From Bacteriovoracaceae bacterium (GTDB lineage: Bacteria > Bdellovibrionota > Bacteriovoracia > Bacteriovoracales > Bacteriovoracaceae), in NCBI GenBank assembly GCA_947377285.1, contig CANCFT010000013.1, positions 8,571 to 72,570 on the forward strand: a stretch of 64,000 nt of DNA, in the 5' to 3' direction. The notes beneath the pieces were generated by a model that had not been told where the DNA came from, ran no database searches, and worked only from the letters and a program-made list of their open reading frames with translations. Position numbers and translations under genes: made by a program. Of the stretch, positions 28,189 through 36,075 are shown one piece after another. Each line of letters opens with the position of its first letter. The stretch's first letter is position 1.

Positions 28189-28913
28189 ATTGTACCACCA
28201 TCAACATTCAAACAAGTTCCTGTGATGTATGATGCATCTTCGCTCGCAAGAAATGCATAAGCTGCAGCGATATCAGAAGGCTCGCCTAATCTTTTTAGAG
28301 AGGCTTTATCTTCCATCATTGCTAGAACTTTTTCTGGCATTTTTTTAACCATTGGAGTTGCAATGAATCCTGGTGCAATTGCATTGACCCGGATTTTATC
28401 TTTCCCTAATTCTTTCGCCATCGTTTTTGTCATGGCTATAACACCGGCCTTAGTTGCTGAATAATTTGTTTGTCCAAAGTTTCCGTAGTGAGCAACGACT
28501 GAAGCTGCATTTATAATTGAACCACCCTTTCCAGCGGCTTTCATCACTCCAGCAGCTTCGCGAGATAATTTAAAAATGGCCGTTAAGTTAACTGCAATTA
28601 CAGAATCCCATTGGTCATCAGTCATTTTTAAAAGAGTTGCATCGCGAGTGATACCAGCATTATTAATTAAAACATCAACCCCTTTCGACATTTCTGTTTT
28701 AACAGCTTCTAGAGTTTCGGCTTTTGTTACGTCACCAGAAATATAAGTCATTTTAGTTGGAAAAAGGGCCTTAAGCTCTGATTGCTCCAACGAAGGCATA
28801 TCAATCAAAACTAATTCTGATCCTTCGGCATAAAATCTTTCAGCAGTTGCTCTGCCGATCCCAGAAGCAGCTCCAGTTATAAAAACTCTTTTGTTTGTTA
28901 AACCTTTCATCAA
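28179..28913 (-). CDS. classical SDR, FabG-like 3-oxoacyl reductase
   Basis: Motifs ITGAASGIGRA, NNAGITRD, NYSATKAG (YxxxK) and PGFIATPM. Confidence 0.85.
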   Translation of the reverse strand: MMKGLTNKRVFITGAASGIGRATAERFYAEGSELVLIDMPSLEQSELKALFPTKMTYISGDVTKAETLEAVKTEMSKGVDVLINNAGITRDATLLKMTDDQWDSVIAVNLTAIFKLSREAAGVMKAAGKGGSIINAASVVAHYGNFGQTNYSATKAGVIAMTKTMAKELGKDKIRVNAIAPGFIATPMVKKMPEKVLAMMEDKASLKRLGEPSDIAAAYAFLASEDASYITGTCLNVDGGTILG

Positions 28914-28952
28914 TTTCTCCTTCTAAATATATTATTTTTACTAAAAAACTGT

Positions 28953-29981
28953 TTATCCTAAATCTTGTAATTCATCAGTGTCGAAAGTGTTTTCATCCCA
29001 ACGCATACTCATTGCACTCCACATATATCCAATTCCTGCTGAAGCAAAAGAGATATGATCTCCTTTTTTGAGCAATCCTCTTTTTTCTGCTAATCCTAGA
29101 GATAAAACCTGATCTGGCGCCCCAAAGTGTCCGTAGTGATCAAGGTAAATAGATTGCTCGAGATTTAATTCCATTCCCAAAACAATCATATCGTGGGCCG
29201 ATTTTTTCATATGTAATAATGCTAAGTAATCGATTGGTTTATTCATTGAAGCAGTTGAAGAATCTTTTATTACTTTTAAAAAGTTTTGTATCGAGCGCTC
29301 TTCCAATCGCACACGCATTCCTTCAATGTCAGGAACTTGTAAATAAGTTAAGGATTCATCTGGATGATTGCGAGTTGGATTTCTAGTTCCGCCTGCTGGA
29401 ACAATAACATCGTGAGTGAAATCACCGTCAGTAATAATCGAAGACTCTAATAACGGATTAGACTCTCCACGCTCTAATAACATGGCCGATCCACCATCAG
29501 AGAGATTATTTAAAAATCTCGCACCTGGATCTTTATAATTCACCAAATCTCCTGTTCTATGCCCACCACATAAAAGAACGCGGTTTAATTTAGGATTAGT
29601 CATCATTAAAGATTTGGCGAGGTGAAGCCCTAATATTTTATTTCCACAACGAGCAGAGATATCAAAAGCGTGAGCATTTTTTAAACCAAGTTCACGTTGA
29701 ACATAAATTCCGGCAGTCCAAACAATATAATCTTTATATTCTGATCCCGTCCAAATCACCATATCGACAGATAAAGGATCAATATTTTTTAACACTTTTT
29801 TCGCTGCTCGAACGGCCATGTCTCCAGGATGAATATCTGGTGTTGCCCGACATTTTCTCACAATTCCCATCTTAGTTCTAACGACAACTTCAGGAACACC
29901 TGTTTGTTCTGCAATATAATGAGAATCTTCAAATCCTTCAGGAAGCCAAACCGCCGCTTTTTTTATAATTATTGAACTCAT
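28953..29981 (-). CDS. KAS III (FabH)-like thiolase-superfamily condensing enzyme
   Basis: Nucleophile context AFDISARCGN and a C-terminal FabH-like block LLHMKKSAHD...YGHFGAPDQ...ASAGIGYMWSAMSMRW. Its start overlaps the upstream stop as ATGA. Confidence 0.8.
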   Translation of the reverse strand: MSSIIIKKAAVWLPEGFEDSHYIAEQTGVPEVVVRTKMGIVRKCRATPDIHPGDMAVRAAKKVLKNIDPLSVDMVIWTGSEYKDYIVWTAGIYVQRELGLKNAHAFDISARCGNKILGLHLAKSLMMTNPKLNRVLLCGGHRTGDLVNYKDPGARFLNNLSDGGSAMLLERGESNPLLESSIITDGDFTHDVIVPAGGTRNPTRNHPDESLTYLQVPDIEGMRVRLEERSIQNFLKVIKDSSTASMNKPIDYLALLHMKKSAHDMIVLGMELNLEQSIYLDHYGHFGAPDQVLSLGLAEKRGLLKKGDHISFASAGIGYMWSAMSMRWDENTFDTDELQDLG

Positions 29982-30802
29982 AATATTTCCTTAAAAAATC
30001 TATTTAGTGTTTGGGCCACTTCAGTCGGTTTTTCCAAAAAAAAGAAATGATCAGTTTCATCAATAAGACTGACCTGGCATTGTTTAATTTTTTTAGCAAA
30101 TGATCGAGTATTTTCAGGACTCACAAATCTATCTAGAGATCCGGCCATTGCTAAAGTCGGACATTTTATAACCGAGAGATCAATCGTAGACTTTAAAAAA
30201 GCAACGGCCGCTCTATTTTGTCTGACGGTTTCTTCTATGTCAGCTTTATTTTGAATTCTTAAATCGACTATTCTTTTGTACTGACTAGGATTTTTTTCTT
30301 TCAATGTCGGGTGAACTGTTGCACTCGTGGTAAATTCAGCTTGTAGTGCCACATCAAAAGTATTGAATTGGCGGAGTCCTTCCTCAGTAAGGCTTGCAGG
30401 TGGAAAAAACTCTGGACCACTAGAAAGAGTGCACATTAAAGCGAGGGCCTTTACTTGAGTTCCAGCTTGAATCATTAATTCTTGAGCTATAAACCCACCC
30501 ATGCTAATTCCCATTAATCCAAACTGATTAATATTTTCATGGGCCATTACGGCCAATGCATCCGTGGCAACATCGGCCAAAGTATAATCTTTAGTTGTTT
30601 TACCAGACTGACCCATTCCGCGGTTGTCGATTAAAATGACCTGAAAATATTTTGTGAGCTCTGGAAGTAAATCTAGATAATTATAATGAGTACAACCGAA
30701 ACCTGAAATTCCCAAAAGCGTCGGAGCATTTGCGTTAGGGCCATCTTTATAATAGCTCAATTCACCAAAATCACGCTTGATTGTTAATGCTTGCATTTTC
30801 AC
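29978..30802 (-). CDS. alpha/beta-fold serine hydrolase
   Basis: Oxyanion-region motif LLGISGFG, nucleophile GISMGG, then GSLDRFV and ETDHFFF. Confidence 0.8.
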   Translation of the reverse strand: MKMQALTIKRDFGELSYYKDGPNANAPTLLGISGFGCTHYNYLDLLPELTKYFQVILIDNRGMGQSGKTTKDYTLADVATDALAVMAHENINQFGLMGISMGGFIAQELMIQAGTQVKALALMCTLSSGPEFFPPASLTEEGLRQFNTFDVALQAEFTTSATVHPTLKEKNPSQYKRIVDLRIQNKADIEETVRQNRAAVAFLKSTIDLSVIKCPTLAMAGSLDRFVSPENTRSFAKKIKQCQVSLIDETDHFFFLEKPTEVAQTLNRFFKEIL

Positions 30803-30879
30803 CTTCTTAAACAGTTTTGAGACAAAAAATCGTTCACTGTGAGAAGTCTGTCAAGGTAAGAGTGGCCATGATTAGGAGG

Positions 30880-30894
30880 ATGTAAGGATTACAT
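30880..30894. promoter_or_regulatory. 6-3-6 palindrome ATGTAA-GGA-TTACAT in a divergent promoter region
   Basis: Perfect inverted repeat between the five-gene lipid operon (start 30802) and the depolymerase-family gene (start 31028). Confidence 0.2.
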
Positions 30895-31027
30895 GCTTTT
30901 TCAGCAATTTCTTACTTTATCTTTCATTTGTACGGAGATAATTACATCATTCTCGACTAACGGGCCAAGCTAAACTAGAATGGTTATTCTTTTGAATATT
31001 TTAAAATTAGCAGGAGTATCTTTCCAA

Positions 31028-32017
31028 ATGAACTTTAACAAAAGTCTTTTTAGCCTTCTTCTCGCCTTTGCAACTCTTGCATTAAATAATAATGCTCAGG
31101 CCGGAACTTGGAAAAGTGGAAGTAGCTCTGGATTAAACGGCTATAGAAATTATAGAATTTATATTCCTGATGGTTTATCAAAAGCCCAAAAAGCTCCAAT
31201 GGTAGTCATGCTTCATGGATGTGAGCAATCAGCAGCAGAATTTGCGACTGGATCACATATTGAATCCCTCGCTGACAGCGAAAAATTTGTGGCCCTTTTT
31301 CCAGAACAAAATTCTGCTTACAATCCGTTTAAGTGTTGGAACTGGGTTGTTCCGGTTAATAATCTTCGCGCAGGTGAACCAGCTGCCATCATTGCGATGA
31401 TGGATGAAGTAACAGAGAAATATAACTTAGATAAAAATAATGTTTTTGCGGCCGGTATGAGTGCGGGTGCATCGATGGTTAGTATTCTTGGAAATTGTTA
31501 CCCTGAACGTTTTAAAGCGCTTGGCTCTCATGATGGGACTCAATATTATGCATCGGCCACAGGACTTGATTTCGCTAATGTTGTTTTAAGTGGAGCGACT
31601 GTTCCTTCGGCATTCGCAGCTCGCACAGGTTATGCTTGTTCTGCTTTTGCTAGTAACCGACCTACAAAAATGCCAATCATTATTTTCCATGGAATGAATA
31701 GCCCTTTAATGAGCCCTGTTCACGCTTTTCAAGTTGAAGATGAGTTTAAAGCTTTCAATGATTATTTAGACAATGGAGCTAGAGACAATTCGTATTTCAA
31801 ATCAAAAGACACTGTAAATATTCCTGAATCTCAAACCTACGGTTACAATCTTTATACGACTACAAACCAAGATGATGAAGTTTTAATTGAACGTTATATG
31901 GTCGATAAATTAGGTCACGACTGGAGTGGTGGAGCTGCTGGTTTAAAATATAATGATCCTAAAGGTCCAGATGCAACAGCTTTAATTATTAAGTTTTTTA
32001 AGAAATTTGGACTTTAA
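31028..32017 (+). CDS. secreted PHB-depolymerase-family esterase
   Basis: Start taken at Met17, giving the signal MNFNKSLFSLLLAFATLALNNNAQA/GT. Motifs are YRIYIP, PMVVMLHGCEQSAAEFA, ALFPEQ...NPFKCWNW, and nucleophile AAGMSAGASM. Confidence 0.8.
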   Translation: MNFNKSLFSLLLAFATLALNNNAQAGTWKSGSSSGLNGYRNYRIYIPDGLSKAQKAPMVVMLHGCEQSAAEFATGSHIESLADSEKFVALFPEQNSAYNPFKCWNWVVPVNNLRAGEPAAIIAMMDEVTEKYNLDKNNVFAAGMSAGASMVSILGNCYPERFKALGSHDGTQYYASATGLDFANVVLSGATVPSAFAARTGYACSAFASNRPTKMPIIIFHGMNSPLMSPVHAFQVEDEFKAFNDYLDNGARDNSYFKSKDTVNIPESQTYGYNLYTTTNQDDEVLIERYMVDKLGHDWSGGAAGLKYNDPKGPDATALIIKFFKKFGL

Positions 32018-32059
32018 TTTTCTAATCAGATTTTTCATTTCAGATTTACATATCTTAAG

Positions 32060-32089
32060 GCCATCACATTTAGTTGATGGCTTTTTTTT
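32060..32089 (+). terminator. rho-independent terminator
   Basis: The 7-bp stem GCCATCA/TGATGGC is followed by T8, 43 nt after the stop of the esterase gene. Confidence 0.65.
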
Positions 32090-32303
32090 GCCTTATTTCA
32101 TTAAGCAATATTGGCCTCTTTCTAGCCTATAGATCGTAAGCACCAATAGAAAATGAGACCCCTTAAATTGCCAGCATTAAGTTTATTAGGTGGGTATTTG
32201 CGCTCATTGGAGGTCTTTAGGAGCTCTTTGAAGCTCTTTGGAGTAGGCTAAGATCCACTACCTGTAATTGACCATTGCAATCAGTGTTGAGACTGTATGA
32301 AAT

Positions 32304-32335
32304 AAAAAAAGCCTCGTATAACGAGGCTTTTCTTT
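32304..32335 (-). terminator. rho-independent (bidirectional-looking) terminator
   Basis: AAAAAAAGCCTCG-TATAA-CGAGGCTTTTCTTT sits immediately downstream of the minus-strand gene ending at 32356. Confidence 0.65.
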
Positions 32336-32355
32336 ATAAATATCTAATATTGTAT

Positions 32356-33306
32356 TTAATCTAATTTATAGAGTCGACCATCCCCAGTGACATGGAATGA
32401 TTCTGATGTCGTGATGTTTTTGGTCCAATTTTTTACTGTATAAGTCATCTCAATAGTCGCACCAGCGATTACATCTTTTTGAGTTCCAACGTTCGAGATT
32501 TGGAGCAACTGAGAGCTAGCATCTAAGTCAAACCCAAAAGAAATCGTAATATTTCTCGCAGAGGCCCGAATCCCTGCTAAGTACTTACCTTTTCCATCGA
32601 CATTCCCACTATGTTGAAATGAAATTGAATAGACAAAAGATACTACTTCAAACCCTAAGGCATTTTTGTAAACAATTTTATAATGTTTAGTCACTGGAAT
32701 CGACCAGCCTCCCATATCGTGAACGACAGGGTCTTTTCCTTCTGATCTAGGAAGAACCGAGACAGAGGCCATTGGGTTGTTAGTAACGATTGGTTTCCCT
32801 TCTTTAATAGTAGGAATTAATTTTTGTCCAATAGCGATTAAACGGTCAATAACCATGATGACCGAATCAAATGCACCTGAACCCGTTGGAGTATTTGGCA
32901 CGTCGAAATTAGAATTACCAAAACCTGGATTTCCAAAACCAGGGTTACCATTTCCAGGAATACCAATTCCAGGAGAAACTATACCACCATTATTTTGCGG
33001 TGGAAGAATCGGTGGAATATTAGGAATTGCAGGTGGAGCAAAACCTTTATTAACTATATTAGTTAAATGAGTTTCTTCTACATCATCGACTTGAACATTA
33101 TTAAACTCTAATGCATCTTCTTCTGAAATTTGATTAATACTAACGGACTTAATTTGAAAATAAGGGTCTTGAAGTGCTTTTTTGTTAGTTGTTTTCACCA
33201 CTTCAATATAAGATTTTGGTCTTTTTGCGTGGGCGATTTCTGGATTCACAAACTGGATTGCAAATACTAAGGTAAGTGATAATTTAATTAAATTGTTCAT
33301 TTTCAT
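32356..33306 (-). CDS. hypothetical secreted protein with a Pro/Gly-rich linker
   Basis: Start at Met15 (AAGGGG RBS), giving the signal MKMNNLIKLSLTLVFAIQFVNPEIAHA. The central region is PPAIPNIPPILPP...GIGIPGNGNPGFGNPGFGN, and the C-terminal domain is beta-rich. Confidence 0.6.
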   Translation of the reverse strand: MKMNNLIKLSLTLVFAIQFVNPEIAHAKRPKSYIEVVKTTNKKALQDPYFQIKSVSINQISEEDALEFNNVQVDDVEETHLTNIVNKGFAPPAIPNIPPILPPQNNGGIVSPGIGIPGNGNPGFGNPGFGNSNFDVPNTPTGSGAFDSVIMVIDRLIAIGQKLIPTIKEGKPIVTNNPMASVSVLPRSEGKDPVVHDMGGWSIPVTKHYKIVYKNALGFEVVSFVYSISFQHSGNVDGKGKYLAGIRASARNITISFGFDLDASSQLLQISNVGTQKDVIAGATIEMTYTVKNWTKNITTSESFHVTGDGRLYKLD

Positions 33307-33432
33307 AATTAATCCCCTTGGATCTACTAGTTCATCTGCTTGTAGCATTACTTGTAGATTGAATCATCGGCCCTTATAAATTTTACAGTGGGATTTTTAA
33401 TAATCTAGAAAAAAGCGTAATAAAGGTCATGG

Positions 33433-34302
33433 GTGAAGTACATGGGACTTAGAGGCAATAATAAAAAGATAAAAAGAGAAATCATTAGAAAAGATGGGCT
33501 TTTCTATCATCCGACATTTATTAAAAAATCAGAAAAAGAGCAGATAATTCTTTGGTTAAAAACACTCTATCCTATTTGGGAAATGCGCTTTTCCGAACAC
33601 AACCCACCTCCTGAAGGGGATGAGCAAAGGCAATTAAAGCGACCAGTATACTGGCTGGGAAATTGGCAATTTGCTTGCTTGGATTATTATCATCCACCAA
33701 AGGGAATTTTAAATAGGTGTATTGCGGCCGAAGACTATCCTCCAGTTCTTAAAAAAATTTTAGAAGTCGTTGAAGGAATTACCAAAACTCATTTTAAAAG
33801 ACATGAAGTACCAAAAGATTGGCGGCTTAATACATGTTTAATAAATTTTTATGGATCTTTGATAGATCCAATCACCGGTAAAAAAAGTGATACTGCAAGA
33901 GTTGGTGACCATAAAGATTTTGAACTCGGCCCTGTCGCTTCAATTTCTTTTGGTGAACGTGCTTTTTTTCAATTTGTTTTAGGAAAAAAAGACCTGAGTA
34001 ATAATATTTTATACGAACAATGGCTCGATGATTGCTCACTCCAAATTTTTGGTGGTGATCTTTATAAGGATAAGGCCTTCCATAGAGTCCAAAGAGTTGA
34101 AAACAAATTAAAAACTATTTTCCAATTAAATGTTGAACATTTTGAAACAAGAAGAATAAATTTTACATTTCGATATGTTCCTAAAGAACATATTATTGAG
34201 TTTAAAAATTTACCTCAGAATCAACAATCTGACATTAATCCTTACATGGAAAAACTCGCCGAAAGATCAGAACATTTCAAACGAGCTCTTAGCAATAAAT
34301 AA
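33433..34302 (+). CDS. AlkB-like Fe(II)/2-oxoglutarate dioxygenase
   Basis: NTCLINFY, VGDHKD (HxD), FHRV (distal His) and RRINFTFRYV (the RxNxTxR block of AlkB). The start (GTG 33433 or ATG 33442) is uncertain. Confidence 0.7.
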   Translation: MKYMGLRGNNKKIKREIIRKDGLFYHPTFIKKSEKEQIILWLKTLYPIWEMRFSEHNPPPEGDEQRQLKRPVYWLGNWQFACLDYYHPPKGILNRCIAAEDYPPVLKKILEVVEGITKTHFKRHEVPKDWRLNTCLINFYGSLIDPITGKKSDTARVGDHKDFELGPVASISFGERAFFQFVLGKKDLSNNILYEQWLDDCSLQIFGGDLYKDKAFHRVQRVENKLKTIFQLNVEHFETRRINFTFRYVPKEHIIEFKNLPQNQQSDINPYMEKLAERSEHFKRALSNK

Positions 34303-34310
34303 ACCCTTGA

Positions 34311-34334
34311 CTTACGCATAAGCTACGCTTAGCC
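34311..34334. promoter_or_regulatory. tandem imperfect palindromes upstream of lexA (candidate operator)
   Basis: CTTAcgcaTAAG and GCTAcgctTAGC lie directly after a TTGACT hexamer and 8-30 nt before the lexA ATG. They do not match any LexA box consensus I know. Confidence 0.2.
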
Positions 34335-34341
34335 TAATTCT

Positions 34342-34965
34342 ATGGCACTTACAAAAAAACAAAAAGAAGTTTTCGATTATATTCAATCCTACCATGATCA
34401 CCATGGCCATGCGCCGACTCAAAATGAAATCAAAGATCATTTTGGATTAAAGTCATTAGGTTCAGTTCAAAAATATCTTCAATATTTAAACAAAGAAGGC
34501 CTTCTTGAAAGCCATTGGAACCAAAGACGAGGTGTAGAAGTAAAAGCCCCTCAAAATATAAATACAGATTCAGACTCAGAGCATATCCCCCTATTAGGTT
34601 TAGTAGCGGCCGGAAATCCTATTTTGGCCATCGAAAACCCGACAAACACTATTGCAGTACCTCGCCATTTTTTAAAAGGTGGATTTCGTTATTTTGCTTT
34701 AACAGTTAAAGGTGAGTCTATGATCGAAGCTGGCATTCTTGAAGGAGATGTTATTGTTTGTCGTTCAACTCAAGAAGCAAGAAGTGGCCAGATTGTTGTA
34801 GCAGTAATAGATGGAGAGGCCACCGTAAAAACCTTGGCCATTCAAAACAAAAAAAGGTTGGAACTCCTCCCTGCAAATAAAAATTTTTCTCCAATTATAA
34901 TCGATGAAAATAGTACCGACTTTAAAATAGTAGGAACCTTAGTCGGGCTCTTACGATCATACTAA
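34342..34965 (+). CDS. lexA: LexA repressor
   Basis: Winged-HTH N-terminus (LTKKQKEVFDYI...PTQNEI), Ala-Gly cleavage site in LVAAGNPI, catalytic Ser in VKGESM and Lys in ATVKTL. Confidence 0.9.
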   Translation: MALTKKQKEVFDYIQSYHDHHGHAPTQNEIKDHFGLKSLGSVQKYLQYLNKEGLLESHWNQRRGVEVKAPQNINTDSDSEHIPLLGLVAAGNPILAIENPTNTIAVPRHFLKGGFRYFALTVKGESMIEAGILEGDVIVCRSTQEARSGQIVVAVIDGEATVKTLAIQNKKRLELLPANKNFSPIIIDENSTDFKIVGTLVGLLRSY

Positions 34966-34968
34966 CAA

Positions 34969-36057
34969 ATGAAAAAAATCATCCACGTCGACATGGATTG
35001 CTTTTATGCTCAAGTTGAGATGAGAGATAATCCACTCCTCCTAAATGTTCCGTTGGCCATCGGCGGCCTTCCTGGAACTAGAAGTGTCCTTTGTACTAGT
35101 AATTATTTAGCACGAACTTTTGGTGTAAAATCAGCGATGCCTACTGATTACGCTGTCAAACTTTGTCCAAACCTCGTCGTTTTAACACCTAATTTTAAAA
35201 AATATTCCGAAGCTTCAGAAATCATTCAAGCCATTTTTCACAAATATTCATCTGTTGTTGAGCCCATCTCCCTTGATGAAGCCTACTTAGATGTTAGCAG
35301 TGTAGAAAATGCTTCTCAAATGGCCCTAGAAATTAAAAAAGCAATATTAAAAAAAACAGGTCTTACCGCCTCTGTTGGTGTGGCCCCAAATAAATTTCTT
35401 GCCAAAATTGCCAGTGACTGGAAAAAACCAAACGGACTTTTTGTGATTCCTCCAGCAAGTGTTGAAAATTTTGTCAAAACACTTCCCGTAAAATTAATTC
35501 CTGGCATTGGTAAAAAAGGAAAAGAAATTCTAGATTCTTTAAATATTTTTACTTGTGCCGATATTCGGATTACTCCACCAGAAATTCTGGAACATTATTT
35601 TGGAAAATTTAGTTATGAACTTTATCAATATTCAAAAGGTATAGATCATCGAGATGTTATTAATGATTGGGAAAGAAAATCATTAAGCGTTGAGACCACT
35701 TTTTCAGTCGATATAAAAGATGAAGATATTTTAAAACTTGAACTTGCTGATCTACATTGCGAAATGCTTTCTAGGCTTAATGCTCATTTTGACGAAGAAG
35801 GTGAAAAAAAAATAAAAAAAATCTTTATTAAAGTCAAATTCAATGATTTTTCCAAAACAACTTGTGAAGAAACGATCCAATTTAATTCAAAGGAAAATTG
35901 GCAAGATCAACTCCCAATAGATAATTTCAAGACGCTCTTGTCCCATGGACTTCAAAGAAAAGGTAATGCTGTACGCTTAATCGGGCTTGGAGTAAGATTT
36001 CTTACGCAAGAAGAAATCAATCCTGTTCAATTGAGTCTACTTCCTTTTTGCGCTTGA
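34969..36057 (+). CDS. dinB: DNA polymerase IV (Y-family)
   Basis: IIHVDMDCFYAQVEMRDNP, SLDEAYLDV and VGVAPNKFLAKIASD. It starts 3 nt after the lexA stop. Confidence 0.9.
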   Translation: MKKIIHVDMDCFYAQVEMRDNPLLLNVPLAIGGLPGTRSVLCTSNYLARTFGVKSAMPTDYAVKLCPNLVVLTPNFKKYSEASEIIQAIFHKYSSVVEPISLDEAYLDVSSVENASQMALEIKKAILKKTGLTASVGVAPNKFLAKIASDWKKPNGLFVIPPASVENFVKTLPVKLIPGIGKKGKEILDSLNIFTCADIRITPPEILEHYFGKFSYELYQYSKGIDHRDVINDWERKSLSVETTFSVDIKDEDILKLELADLHCEMLSRLNAHFDEEGEKKIKKIFIKVKFNDFSKTTCEETIQFNSKENWQDQLPIDNFKTLLSHGLQRKGNAVRLIGLGVRFLTQEEINPVQLSLLPFCA

Positions 36058-36075
36058 GTCTTTTTAGGGTAAGTA

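Noticed and set aside
32153-32251. 32-codon ORF in the spacer between the convergent terminators.
   Set aside because: It has no Shine-Dalgarno and its translation is basic and Leu-rich with no features. It is kept only as part of the spacer observation.
32777-33070. 97-aa plus-strand ORF with a Pro/Gly-rich translation.
   Set aside because: It is the mirror image of the Pro/Gly-rich linker of the minus-strand secreted protein (32356-33306), which has a signal peptide and RBS.
34303-34341. Search for a canonical LexA box upstream of lexA (E. coli CTGT-N8-ACAG, Gram-positive CGAAC-type, or TTAC-N3-GTAA).
   Set aside because: None is present. TTACGCATAAG comes close to TTAC-N3-GTAA but its right half is TAAG, not GTAA. 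Only a non-canonical candidate is reported, at low confidence.
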